This document shows positions 49,484 to 58,854 of a stretch of 64,000 nt of DNA, in pieces (the stretch's first letter is position 1; each line of letters opens with the position of its first letter). Source of the stretch: an uncultured delta proteobacterium (lineage in GTDB: Bacteria; Desulfobacterota; Syntrophorhabdia; Syntrophorhabdales; WCHB1-27); the NCBI GenBank assembly GCA_963835605.1, contig CAWIHO010000062.1, forward strand, positions 5,177 through 69,176, given 5' to 3'. Made by a program: the position numbers and the translations under genes. The notes beneath the pieces are model-generated. The model was not told where the DNA came from, did not search any database, and saw nothing but the letters and a program-made list of their open reading frames with translations.

Positions 49484-49630
49484 CGAAATCGCAGGCTTTT
49501 ACGTCCTTCTCCGGAGAGGTTTGCAACTTACGGTACAATTCGTTAATCTAATTTGCCATTCCATGGACCGCTACGGACTGCCATGGGCCGTCCGGTGGCG
49601 GGCTATCAGGCGCGACACGCGAAGGGAAGT

Positions 49631-50935
49631 ATGGCGGGCAATAAGAAAGAGCTGAACAGCCAGAGCACGCTGAGATTTGTAATGAGGGCCCTGCGTCACC
49701 GGAATTACCGTCTCTTTTTTGCCGGACAAGGTATTTCTCTGATAGGGACCTGGATGCAGCGGATTGCCATGAGCTGGCTGGTTTACCGGCTCACAAACTC
49801 CCCCTTTTTACTCGGCCTCGTCGGATTCGCAGGCCAGATTCCTACCTTCCTCTTTGCATCCTTTGCCGGAGTTTTCGTAGACCGATGGGACCGCCACCGC
49901 CTCTTGCTTGCAACACAGACACTGGCGATGGTGCAGGCATCCCTGCTCGCCTTTTTGACTCTGACCGGGCTCGTGGCCGTCTGGCACATCTTTGCGTTGG
50001 CTGTCTGTCTTGGTCTTGTCAACGCATTCGACACGCCCACACGCCAATCATTCGTCATCGACATGCTGGAAGACAAAGAAGATCTCGGCAACGCTATCGC
50101 GCTCAATTCGTTCATGGTAAATGGCGCGCGTTTGGTGGGGCCGTCCCTCGCAGGGATAACGGTCGCGGCTTTCGGAGAGGGTATCTGTTTTCTCTTCAAC
50201 GGGCTCAGTTTTCTCGCGATCATAATCTCATTGCTGGCCATGAAGATACATCGCAAAGCGGAAAAAAGCGTGAGGACCCACCCTTTTCAAGGGTTAAAGG
50301 AAGGCTATCGTTACGCATTTGGCTTCGCACCGATACGGTACCTGCTCATGATTTTGGCCCTCTCGAGCTTTATGGGCATGCCGTACGTAATACTCATGCC
50401 CATCTTTGCCAGAGATATTCTTCACGGAGGACCTCACACGCTCGGCTTTCTCATGGGCGCAGCAGGTGTCGGAGCGTTAATAAGTGCCAGCTATCTTGCA
50501 TCCCGGAAAAGCGTGTTCGGACTGGAAAGAGTGATAGTCTTCGGGTCCGCGATGTTCGGGTGCGGGCTCATCTTCTTTTCTCTTTCCCGTTATATGCTGC
50601 TTTCGCTCGCCTTCATGCTGCTCACCGGTTTCGGCATGATGACCGTTTTAACCTCCTGCAACACGATCTTGCAGACCATCGTTGACGAGGACAAGCGTGG
50701 ACGGGTGATGAGTCTCTATGCGATGGCGTTCATGGGCGTTGTTCCGTTCGGAAGCTTGATGGGAGGAAGCCTGGCCAGTCGCATCGGTGCCCCAGCGACC
50801 CTCATGTTCGGCGGCATCTGCTGCATTGCCGCATCATTTCTCTTCGCCAGAAAACTACCACAGCTGCGCAGAATAACCCGTCCCGTATACATTGACCGGG
50901 GTATCATAAGGGATGTGCAAACGGAATTGCAGTAG
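49631..50935 (+). CDS. MFS transporter (EntS/MFS_3-like)
   Basis: About 12 TM helices. Contains FAGVFVDRWDR. I chose the start MAGNKKEL; the ORF is open from 49553. Confidence 0.8.
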   Translation: MAGNKKELNSQSTLRFVMRALRHRNYRLFFAGQGISLIGTWMQRIAMSWLVYRLTNSPFLLGLVGFAGQIPTFLFASFAGVFVDRWDRHRLLLATQTLAMVQASLLAFLTLTGLVAVWHIFALAVCLGLVNAFDTPTRQSFVIDMLEDKEDLGNAIALNSFMVNGARLVGPSLAGITVAAFGEGICFLFNGLSFLAIIISLLAMKIHRKAEKSVRTHPFQGLKEGYRYAFGFAPIRYLLMILALSSFMGMPYVILMPIFARDILHGGPHTLGFLMGAAGVGALISASYLASRKSVFGLERVIVFGSAMFGCGLIFFSLSRYMLLSLAFMLLTGFGMMTVLTSCNTILQTIVDEDKRGRVMSLYAMAFMGVVPFGSLMGGSLASRIGAPATLMFGGICCIAASFLFARKLPQLRRITRPVYIDRGIIRDVQTELQ

Positions 50936-50939
50936 GTTC

Positions 50940-51401
50940 TTACACTGCCCCTAGCATCTCCGCAACCGATTTCCCGTAGTCCTGGCAGGTATGCATGTCC
51001 TGCACCTTCTCAGTCAGCCCACCTTCGAGATCGAAGGGACCGAGGTTCGTCATATTCATCTTGAATCGAGATTCCATCATCTCAAAGAGGTTCTTGGCAG
51101 CGCCACCTTCCCCGCTGCTGGGATGGGCACGGGAACTAAAGGCACCCCCAATCTTTCCTTTCAGGCCGGCCTTCTCCGCGATCGATAAAAACCTCTTGAA
51201 GGGCTCGGGCATATCCAGAGAATAGGTGGGACAGCCGAAAATATAGCCGTCATAGCCCTCCAGATCTTTTTCACTCTTGATGTCGGAGACTTTTTTGAGG
51301 GCTACCTCGTGACCGGCAATGCGCACGCCCTCGGCAATATATTCCGCCATCGTCTCCGTAGTGCCGGTCTTGCTGAAGAATGCGACCAGAACCTTTTTCA
51401 T
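50940..51401 (-). CDS. Flavodoxin
   Basis: MKKVLVAFFSKTGTTETMAEYIAEG. The longer ORF (to 51491) runs into repeat family 2. Confidence 0.85.
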   Translation of the reverse strand: MKKVLVAFFSKTGTTETMAEYIAEGVRIAGHEVALKKVSDIKSEKDLEGYDGYIFGCPTYSLDMPEPFKRFLSIAEKAGLKGKIGGAFSSRAHPSSGEGGAAKNLFEMMESRFKMNMTNLGPFDLEGGLTEKVQDMHTCQDYGKSVAEMLGAV

Positions 51402-51482
51402 AGTATGACCTCCCTCAGATATACTCAACCCTTTGTTCTTCAATATAAGGACCCGAGGACGTAACGACAAGGGGAACTCTTT

Positions 51483-51640
51483 GGATTCCAAATCCTAAAT
51501 GCCAACCACCAAGTCCCAAACAATCTCAAATTATCAAATGTCAAATGTCCAAAACGTTACTGCCAATGAACACGAGTCTTTGAGTTGAATTTTGAACATT
51601 GGAATTTGTTTGGGATTTCGATATTGGGATTTGGAATTTA
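51483..51640. repeat. AT-rich palindromic intergenic element, family 2, copy 2 (inverted relative to copy 1)
   Basis: Arms CCAAATCCTAAATGCCAACCACCAAGTCCCAAACAAT and AATTTGTTTGGGATTTCGATATTGGGATTTGGAATTT. The central CTCAAAGACTCG matches CTCAAGACTCCG of copy 1 on the opposite strand. Confidence 0.75.
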
Positions 51641-51675
51641 AAGCGGCTAAATCTCAAATATATGTTGGCCAAGTA

Positions 51676-52809
51676 TCAAGGCGCTTTGCGCGGCGGAAGG
51701 GGACCAAAGTATTGGTAAAAATAACACTGGATTTTGCCGTTGTATAGCTTCCTCTTCTTGTCTGCCCTCCTCCCGAAGAACCTCTCGAAGTAAGGATGAG
51801 CGGAGAGTATAAACATGGACCAGCCGTCCAGGCGGGTATACAATTGACCCAGGCTCGTGTAAAGTCCTTCCACCTGTTTCTCCTCTCCAGTCCTTTCACC
51901 ATACGGTGGGTTACAGACGAGACACCCGAATTTCTCCTCAGAACTGAACTTCTCCATTGAAAGCTCGCGGAATGTTATGCACTCGGCCACCCCCGCATTC
52001 CTTGCATTCCTTCTTGCGATGTTTAACATCGCGCCGTCGGCATCTGAAGCAAGTATGCTGACCGGCGCATCTGAAACGTGCCTGCGCGCTTCATCCCTCA
52101 CCTCTGCCCAGACTCTCCGCGGTATGTGAGACCACGCCTCTGCGGCAAATTCCCTGTTGACCCCGGGAGCTATGTTTTTGCCGATCAGTGCGGCCTCTAC
52201 CGGTATCGTGCCCGAGCCGCAAAATGGGTCAGCCAGGATTCTTGAAGCGTTCCACCTCGAGAGCAGAACAAGAGCAGCAGCGAGTGTCTCTTTGATTGGA
52301 GCCTCCCCGGCCTCTTTCCGGTAGCCCCTCTTGTGAAGGCCCGCCCCCGTGGTGTCAACCGTTAATGTGACGTGATCCTTGAGCAACGCAACTTCAATCT
52401 TGTAGACAGGGCCGGATTCGTCAAACCAACCACGATGATATTTCTTTTTCATCGCCTCCACAACGGCCTTCTTAACGATCGACTGGCAATCGGGGACGCT
52501 GAACAGGGTGGACCTGACCGATTTTCCGACCACGTGCATCCGACCGTTTTCGGGAATCAGTTCTTCCCACGCGACCTCCAGGGTGCGATCAAAAAGCTGC
52601 CCGAAATCCGTGGCGACAAAATCGGCCATCCTGATCAGCAGCCTGTCCGCGGTCCTGAGCCAGACATTACAATGCGCAATGGCGCGCGCGTCTCCCGTGA
52701 AGGAGACCTTTCCATTTTCGACGGTCAGGTCCGTGTAGCCCAGGAGCTTCAGCTCCTCCGCCACCACGGATTCGAGGCCGAAGGTAGATGTTGCGATCAA
52801 GTCATACAT
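51676..52809 (-). CDS. THUMP-domain class I SAM-dependent RNA methyltransferase (RlmL-N/UPF0020-like)
   Basis: MYDLIATSTFGLESVVAEELKLLGY, DPFCGSGT and CNPPYGER. The ORF is open to 52938, but that extension lies in repeat copy B. Confidence 0.82.
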   Translation of the reverse strand: MYDLIATSTFGLESVVAEELKLLGYTDLTVENGKVSFTGDARAIAHCNVWLRTADRLLIRMADFVATDFGQLFDRTLEVAWEELIPENGRMHVVGKSVRSTLFSVPDCQSIVKKAVVEAMKKKYHRGWFDESGPVYKIEVALLKDHVTLTVDTTGAGLHKRGYRKEAGEAPIKETLAAALVLLSRWNASRILADPFCGSGTIPVEAALIGKNIAPGVNREFAAEAWSHIPRRVWAEVRDEARRHVSDAPVSILASDADGAMLNIARRNARNAGVAECITFRELSMEKFSSEEKFGCLVCNPPYGERTGEEKQVEGLYTSLGQLYTRLDGWSMFILSAHPYFERFFGRRADKKRKLYNGKIQCYFYQYFGPLPPRKAP

Positions 52810-52815
52810 TGGCTC

Positions 52816-52950
52816 ATACCGATTCGCCTTCAAGCGTATACCTTCGGTATAGTCAGCTGCGTCGCTCTCCTCGACGTACCATAGTACGCCTGCGTCAGCT
52901 CCTCGCTGCCGCCTACAGGTCGTCCATCTTGAATGCAAATGGTATTAATT
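52816..52950 (+). repeat. Dispersed intergenic repeat, family 1, copy B
   Basis: ATACCGATTCGCCTTCAAGCGTATACCTTCGG...GCTGCGTCGCTCTCCTCGACGTACCATAGTACGCCTGCGTCAGCTCCTCGCTGCCGCC...CATCTTGAATGCAAATGGTATTA. Near-identical to copy C. Confidence 0.85.
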
Positions 52951-52971
52951 CTCCCGGACCTGCCTCTCTCC

Positions 52972-53399
52972 TCACCTTGTCACAACCAGATAGAGTCCTA
53001 TGCAAGCGAGGATTATTCCGATAACGTACCGCAAGGAAAGCGGCTCTCGCAGTATGACGAGGCCCAGAAGGATGACCAGAAAGAGTCCGCTCAAGCGGAT
53101 CAGCGGCATTGCAACTGAAATCGGGGCATTGGCTTCAAAAGTTCTGTAGAGACAAACGGTAACACTGCTGAAGGCCACACCTACGCCCAAGCGCGCACAG
53201 AAAGCCCGAAGGCCGCGCATACTGCGGCGCCCCGTGAGTGTAGTTCCACAGAGTCCATCCGAGTCCCGGTGAGAAATGTGCAGCAGCCGTAAATGAGTAA
53301 ACCCAGGCTGCTGGAAATTCGGTTTGCGGCCAGCTTCACGAATGAATCTGCGGCGGCCATGGAGAATGCTGCGATTGAGGCATAAACAATCCAGGTCAA
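52972..53399 (-). pseudogene. Small EamA/DMT-type membrane protein, at least one frameshift as assembled
   Basis: ORFs 53181-53399 and 52972-53220 are its N- and C-terminal halves. A third frame reads GLGWTLWNYTHGAPQY across the junction. G-runs sit at both possible switch points. Confidence 0.6.
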
Positions 53400-53410
53400 G
53401 CTCCCTCCTT

Positions 53411-53555
53411 ATACCGATTTGCCTTCAAGCGTATACCTTCGTTGTCGCTGCGTCGCTCTCCTCGACGTACTATAGTACGCCTGCGTCGGCTCCTCGCTGC
53501 CGCCCGGTATCAGCCGAAGGCTCGGTCTTCATCTTGAATGCAAATCAGTATTATT
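53411..53555 (+). repeat. Dispersed intergenic repeat, family 1, copy C (best-preserved copy)
   Basis: ATACCGATTTGCCTTCAAGCGTATACCTTCGTTGTCGCTGCGTCGCTCTCCTCGACGTACTATAGTACGCCTGCGTCGGCTCCTCGCTGCCGCC...CATCTTGAATGCAAATCAGTATTA. Contains the palindrome CGTACTATAGTACG. Confidence 0.85.
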
Positions 53556-53613
53556 GTTTCTCTATTCATTCTTATCTTCTTTAGGTTCGTTTAGCAAGTC
53601 TCAATGCGATCAA

Positions 53614-54669
53614 TCAGATATGACGGCAAGAAGTATCTGAAAGCTGTCGATTCTCGTGATGGTCACAGGAGTTTAATTGCCTACGTGCCCCGGGCGCCCA
53701 GAGGTAATAAAAGCCGGGGCTAAGAGTAGGGATGATTTCCGACAGGTTTAAATCGACCAGGGACAGGCTTTCAGCGTTATGCAACGAGGTGGACATGTTA
53801 TAAAGATTGTCATTCGAATATTCGCTGCGGCGATAGACCACGACCTTGGCCTCTTTAGAAAGCCCCGCCAGATCTTTGGCCTCAGCGATCGCGTCACTCA
53901 GATAGCCGATGCGATCTATAAGCTTCAGCTGCAAGGCCTCGTCGGCCAGATAGATGCGGGCGGTGGAAACGGAAGACAGGAGCGTCTGATCCATCTTGCG
54001 ATGTTTGGCCACCAGATCCAGAAATCTTTTACCCATCCTATCGGTCAGTTCCTGGAATATCAGTTTCTCCTCCGGCGTGGACGGGCGGAAAGGTGAGCCG
54101 ATATCTTTCTCTTTGCCCGACTTATTGACCTCCACAGCCAGGCCGAGCTTATCCATCAGGCCAGTCACTTTGGGTGTAATAAAAATTACTCCCACAGATC
54201 CGGTGATGGTGGTAGGATGGGCCACGATTCGGTCGGCTGACAGGGCAATGTAATAGCCTCCCGAGGCAGCCACATCCATCAGGCCTGCCACGATCTTCGT
54301 CTTGGTCCGTTCTTTAAATTCCATGATTTCATGATACAGGATATCGCTGGCCGTGGTCGAGCCGCCGGGCGAATTGATCTCCAGGAGCACTGCTTTGATC
54401 TCTTCATCCTTCTCCGCCAGCCGAAGCTGCGAGACAACTTCTTGGACCATGCTGGCCCGCTCGCCGAGAAGATCCTTTCTGGGGACATCGGAGAGAAATC
54501 CCCTGACAGGGATTACAAGCACCTTTCCTCTTTCCTTGCCCTGGAGCGTATATTCCTTGAGCGGCTCTTTTGATTCAGGCCCGATGGTGACCTTCAAACC
54601 TCCGCACCCACCGGCCAGGATGGCTGTCGCCATCAATAAAGATATAAGAAGAAAACCTCTCTTTTCCAT
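53614..54669 (-). CDS. sppA: Signal peptide peptidase SppA (36K type)
   Basis: Lipobox LAGGCG after MEKRGFLLISLLMATAI. Contains NSPGGSTTASD and AASGGYYIA. The ORF is open to 54810. Confidence 0.85.
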   Translation of the reverse strand: MEKRGFLLISLLMATAILAGGCGGLKVTIGPESKEPLKEYTLQGKERGKVLVIPVRGFLSDVPRKDLLGERASMVQEVVSQLRLAEKDEEIKAVLLEINSPGGSTTASDILYHEIMEFKERTKTKIVAGLMDVAASGGYYIALSADRIVAHPTTITGSVGVIFITPKVTGLMDKLGLAVEVNKSGKEKDIGSPFRPSTPEEKLIFQELTDRMGKRFLDLVAKHRKMDQTLLSSVSTARIYLADEALQLKLIDRIGYLSDAIAEAKDLAGLSKEAKVVVYRRSEYSNDNLYNMSTSLHNAESLSLVDLNLSEIIPTLSPGFYYLWAPGARRQLNSCDHHENRQLSDTSCRHI

Positions 54670-54766
54670 TGGAGCTAACCCTTCTTTCTTCTTCCTCGTT
54701 AAACTATTTTTAACACCGCTCAGAAACCTGTCAAGGAAAATATCGTAAAATCGAACTCCGCATCTG

Positions 54767-55633
54767 CTACTTCCGGGCAGGCGCCGGGCCGCCCCGGAAG
54801 CCACGGCCACCCCATGCGGCTGGATTAAATTCCGGCTGCGAGTCCGGATTCGGCGTCACACCCGCCGGCCCCTGTGCACTTGAGTCGGGTGGCTGGTTCC
54901 CCTGTCCGGTCGTTGCAGTCTGGACCGCGCTTGCCGGCCCGGCTGGCATAGGGGTGGCCGGAGGCGGTCCTACTGGAGATGAAGGCGCTGCTGCGACCGA
55001 AGAAGATGAAGGTATTGCTTCGTCGTATGAAGGCGCTGCTGGCACGGCCAGAGGAGGCGGTGCCTCGGAGGGCGAAGGCGGCAGAGCCGAGGATTGGGCA
55101 GACGGCGCCACCGGCAGGGAAGACGGCAGACCCGTTGGTGTAGGAAGCGGCGCGGTTGCCAACGGCGGACCCACTGGAGCAGGCACTCCCGGCCTGGGCA
55201 TCGTGTCACCAACGCCTGGAACGGAGACAGAGATCGTTCCCTTTTCGGCCTTGCCCAGGATAACCAGTACCGGTGCCTCCAGCGCCTCCGGCCGAATAAG
55301 CACGTAATTGTACCCGGCCATCATTTTCTGCAGGGCCTGCTGAAGCGTTAGTTGTGAAAAGTGAAGGGTGAGCCTCTCGTCCCCGGCAACGCTCCCCCTT
55401 ATATCTAAGGGTATCTTCTGCGAGAGTGCCTCCAGCGCCTGCCCGAGAGGGAGATCGGCTATGTCTGCCGTTATCTGCATCTCCTTTGTCTCCTTCGTGA
55501 CTCTGAAGATATCCTGCGCAGCAGCAGAATAGCCGACCAGGCTGGTACTGGTCAGGATGAGGACAAGCAGCAGGCAGGACTCCCTGCGGCGCTCAAGCAC
55601 GTGATGCCATCTCTTTCTTGAGAAGAGAGCCAT
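54767..55633 (-). CDS. Secreted protein with a folded N-terminal domain and a Pro/Ala/Ser-rich C-terminal half
   Basis: 288 aa. Signal-like LLLVLILTSTSLVGYSAAAQ. The region DLPLGQALEALSQKIPLDIRG is STN-like. About 160 aa of P/A/S low complexity follow. Confidence 0.5.
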   Translation of the reverse strand: MALFSRKRWHHVLERRRESCLLLVLILTSTSLVGYSAAAQDIFRVTKETKEMQITADIADLPLGQALEALSQKIPLDIRGSVAGDERLTLHFSQLTLQQALQKMMAGYNYVLIRPEALEAPVLVILGKAEKGTISVSVPGVGDTMPRPGVPAPVGPPLATAPLPTPTGLPSSLPVAPSAQSSALPPSPSEAPPPLAVPAAPSYDEAIPSSSSVAAAPSSPVGPPPATPMPAGPASAVQTATTGQGNQPPDSSAQGPAGVTPNPDSQPEFNPAAWGGRGFRGGPAPARK

Positions 55634-55896
55634 TTTGATAATTTTAACTCGCCGTGCTTATTAGCGCAAGGTCCCCACCTCAAACCGGCTCCCCTTGATT
55701 CATAAGCCCGTGGACCTTATGAGTATAACTCCGGAAGAGAAGGCCAAGATTTTCTCAGGAAGCGCAGGCGGTTGTTGAAGTTGAGTTAAGGAAAACGCGA
55801 CAGTTTACTCAAAGAATTATGCGCCTACTCGCGCGGGACCACCCGTTAAAATCGATTTCGCGGGTGTCCCGCCAAGAGGCTTTGCTAAGAAAATGC

Positions 55897-56112
55897 CTAT
55901 TTCTTCGAATGGTATTTAAAGGAGAGGTTAACCCTCGCCCGATAGCCGGTTACCTTGCCATTCTCTACCGTCACATCAAGTTTGACCACCTCGGCCACTC
56001 TCAGGTCTTCGAGGGTCTTAGACGCCATCTCTACCGCATTCTTCGCGGCATCCTCCCACGAGGTCTTGCTGGTACCCACCAATTCGACAATGTTATACAC
56101 GCTGCCTTCCAT
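55897..56112 (-). CDS. Dodecin-family flavin-binding protein
   Basis: MEGSVYNIVELVGTSKTSWEDAAKNAVEMASKTLEDLRVAEVVKLDV...YRARVNLSFK. The ORF is open to 56202. Confidence 0.8.
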   Translation of the reverse strand: MEGSVYNIVELVGTSKTSWEDAAKNAVEMASKTLEDLRVAEVVKLDVTVENGKVTGYRARVNLSFKYHSKK

Positions 56113-56269
56113 AACGACCTCCCCTTCTTGAAGTTTGATGGCTTTGACGTCAAACCATCGTAAAGGAAATAATAGCGCAGCAAACTCGGTTGTCAACCAC
56201 AAAAACGCTGCTCGGCCACTTCAAACCTATCACACGGGCAGACTTGCGTAAAGGATGGCTGGAGGCCCG

Positions 56270-57295
56270 TCACTCGGGCGCGCGCGCCCAGGTCTGGTCA
56301 GGATCGAACACCTTCACGGCGCGTGCAGCTTTTCTGGTATGCCTGCCGAGGTTCTTCTGGTAGACGACTCCATCCTGGTTAACGATGAAGGTCATGACGC
56401 CCGATGAGCCGTACCGCGCCGGGTAGGCTATCAGGGCAAACCCCCCGATCATCTTGCCCCCGACCACATAGTCATGCGCGCCGCCGGGTGCACTACTGCC
56501 CTGGGCCTTGAGAATCCTGTAAAAGTAGCCGTGGTACGGTGTCGGTCTGCCCCCCAGTCTGCGCCCCATCGGCTGACCACTGTAGCCCTCTTCCAGCGCA
56601 GCGGCAAACAGAGGTCCCATGGGGCTCTCGTCTTCGCCTTCCTTAACTTCCCAATAAAGACCGTCCTGCGTGCCAGGTGAACTTACAAACTTTTGTGCGT
56701 ACTCAAGAAGGCCGCTCCCCTGGCGGCCTTTCTTCATGGCATATTCTTTCTGGGCGTCGACGTAGGCAAGGCACACCTGGATGGCATTCAGCTCATTCCT
56801 GCCGACCCTGCGCGCCAGGATCTCCTCCTTGCCCGCCAGCGTGTCGAACCTCCAGCCACTCCCGGCTTTCACAATGGGGATGGGAAAAGGCCACTCGTCG
56901 TTCCCCACATGGAGCGTGACCCTGCCGGAGGCTTCCTCCAACCTGTTCTTCTCCTCGTAGTGCTTCACGAACCATTCACGCCCTTCTCTATCTTCGACCG
57001 GGTCGCCGGACACGATGATGGCCTTGCTTCCCGGACCGAATATCGTCAGCAGCGATTTCGTATCGTCGGCCTTGACCGCATCGACCATTGCTTTGACGGC
57101 CTCCTCCGGAGAGGAAAAGATCTTCTGGCCTGGGGATTTCGCATAAACGCTGCCACAGGCGAGAAGCATGACAAGAGCGGCCGCTGTGACGAGGAGTTTG
57201 ATACCTCTGCAAGAGCCCTCTTCCTTGGTATGTCTGGATCGCAACATCACTCTATCCTCCCTAGCGAATTGATGTCCGTGAAATGCAGCTTTCAC
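56270..57295 (-). CDS. DUF2950 family secreted protein
   Basis: Contains YFYRILKAQGSSAPGGAHDYVVGGKMIGGFALIAYPARYGSSGVMTFIVNQDGVVYQKNLG. The start is uncertain (GTG 57295 or Met 57247). Confidence 0.78.
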   Translation of the reverse strand: MKAAFHGHQFAREDRVMLRSRHTKEEGSCRGIKLLVTAAALVMLLACGSVYAKSPGQKIFSSPEEAVKAMVDAVKADDTKSLLTIFGPGSKAIIVSGDPVEDREGREWFVKHYEEKNRLEEASGRVTLHVGNDEWPFPIPIVKAGSGWRFDTLAGKEEILARRVGRNELNAIQVCLAYVDAQKEYAMKKGRQGSGLLEYAQKFVSSPGTQDGLYWEVKEGEDESPMGPLFAAALEEGYSGQPMGRRLGGRPTPYHGYFYRILKAQGSSAPGGAHDYVVGGKMIGGFALIAYPARYGSSGVMTFIVNQDGVVYQKNLGRHTRKAARAVKVFDPDQTWARAPE

Positions 57296-58653
57296 TTGCG
57301 ACGTTCTCCTCCGGGCGGGGTGCGGGGACTTCCGCCACGCGAGGCGCCGCCTTGGCCGCCGCTGCCGGGGGGAGTTCTACTGGCGCTGGGCGCAGGGCTC
57401 GCGGTTCGCGCACTCGATAGACTTTCATGGCCTCGATTACTGAACTGCCGCGTTTGGTTGGCAGGAGCAGCGCCGCCAAACGCTGCCGAACCCTGTACTC
57501 CCTGGACCGCCTGACGTGAAGGAGCGGAAGGTTGCCTGGCTGGTTCAGGTCTGGCGACAGGAGGAGCCGTTGCAACCCTTGGCTGCTGCACAGGAGCGGA
57601 AGGTTGCCTGGCCGCTTCTGGCCTGGCCTGACTGGGGCCGGCCGCAGTCCGAGCCTGCTGCGCAGGAGGACGGTTAGGCCCCTGGGCCGCGACTTGCCCC
57701 GCCCCGCCGCGATCAAATCCTCTATAGTCGCGACGGGTGTCGGCACCAGGGAGAGACCCCCGTCCGTACTGCTGGGCAACGGCCGGAGTGCGGTAAGCGA
57801 CTCCCCCCCGATGAGCCGGGTCATGACTCCACATCCCCTGGCCGCCGCTTCCCGCGGTCACGTGACTCGCGTACCTGTTCCTGTCGATGCGGTTATTGAT
57901 GTTCACGTTCCTCGTGACATTGATCGTCACGTTATGACGATGCCAGTCAAAACCGCCCCATGCATAGCCCCACGCGACACCAATTGCCACCCCGAGGCCG
58001 ACGATGCCGGCCGCAAGCACCGCTCCCCGCGGATAATAGCGGTAAGGCTGGTATGCCGGCCACCACCACTGGCCGTACACGGTCATCGGATCATATACCG
58101 GCACGTAGACCATCTGGGGGGTCACCGGTTCGATGCTGATCTCCTGGGTCTGTGGATCCACCATCACGCTCTGTTCGTTCGTGGTCCTCAGGCTGCCCTG
58201 GGCTTGGGCCCTCTGTCTGAGCTGCTGGACCGTGCCCATCACCTGGTCCTTTTGACCAAGGAAAGCGTCTCCCAGCCTTTGCGTCCACTCGAGCTGGTCG
58301 TTCATCATCTGCAAGACCGAGGGGAAGTTTACGAGCGATTTCACGCTCGGGTCCCAGTCCTGTTGTTCCAGCGCAGCCGCCAGGTCGTTCCCTCTCAGGT
58401 TCGGATTTGCCTGAACCCAGCGAGTTGCCTGGACCACCTCCAGGGGATACGTGGCTGCCATCAGGACCTGCACCAGAAGCTCATCCGGATAGAGCGCGAT
58501 GGGCGCAAGCATCTGGTCCAGCTCCTCCTGCCTGAACATCGTCTGCCCGCCCGGATCCTGAAACTGTGCCATGATTCCCCCGGGCGGTACCGCGAGTAGC
58601 ATTATCAGTGACCATAGTAACCAGCGGGCGCATATACGTCTTCTGCTTTTCAT
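57292..58653 (-). CDS. DUF3300 family protein with a low-complexity C-terminal half
   Basis: Contains FRQEELDQMLAPIALYPDELLVQVLMAATYPLEVVQATRW. The C-terminal Pro/Ala/Gln/Arg-rich region has a 24-aa tandem repeat. Confidence 0.8.
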   Translation of the reverse strand: MKSRRRICARWLLWSLIMLLAVPPGGIMAQFQDPGGQTMFRQEELDQMLAPIALYPDELLVQVLMAATYPLEVVQATRWVQANPNLRGNDLAAALEQQDWDPSVKSLVNFPSVLQMMNDQLEWTQRLGDAFLGQKDQVMGTVQQLRQRAQAQGSLRTTNEQSVMVDPQTQEISIEPVTPQMVYVPVYDPMTVYGQWWWPAYQPYRYYPRGAVLAAGIVGLGVAIGVAWGYAWGGFDWHRHNVTINVTRNVNINNRIDRNRYASHVTAGSGGQGMWSHDPAHRGGVAYRTPAVAQQYGRGSLPGADTRRDYRGFDRGGAGQVAAQGPNRPPAQQARTAAGPSQARPEAARQPSAPVQQPRVATAPPVARPEPARQPSAPSRQAVQGVQGSAAFGGAAPANQTRQFSNRGHESLSSARTASPAPSASRTPPGSGGQGGASRGGSPRTPPGGERRK

Positions 58654-58854
58654 TGCTCTCCCTTCTCGGTGCTCCTATGTAGGCTCATTCTTGACGATAA
58701 TCTTTTCCTCTTTCTGTCTGATCAGCAAGTTTACTCCTTTTTGTCCGTCTTGTCAGCACTTCAATCACTGTCATCTCTGTTGTCCTGCTCCCTGTATACG
58801 CATGGCTTTCCGGAATGATCTCCCCGATCTGGCCGGTCCGCAACTGTTAAGCGA

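Noticed and set aside
57261-57824. 187-aa ORF in an alternative frame inside the DUF3300 gene, and the 355-aa plus-strand ORF 57532-58599.
   Set aside because: Both are products of the GC-rich low-complexity region. The frame carrying the conserved DUF3300 N-terminal domain is continuous and explains the locus.
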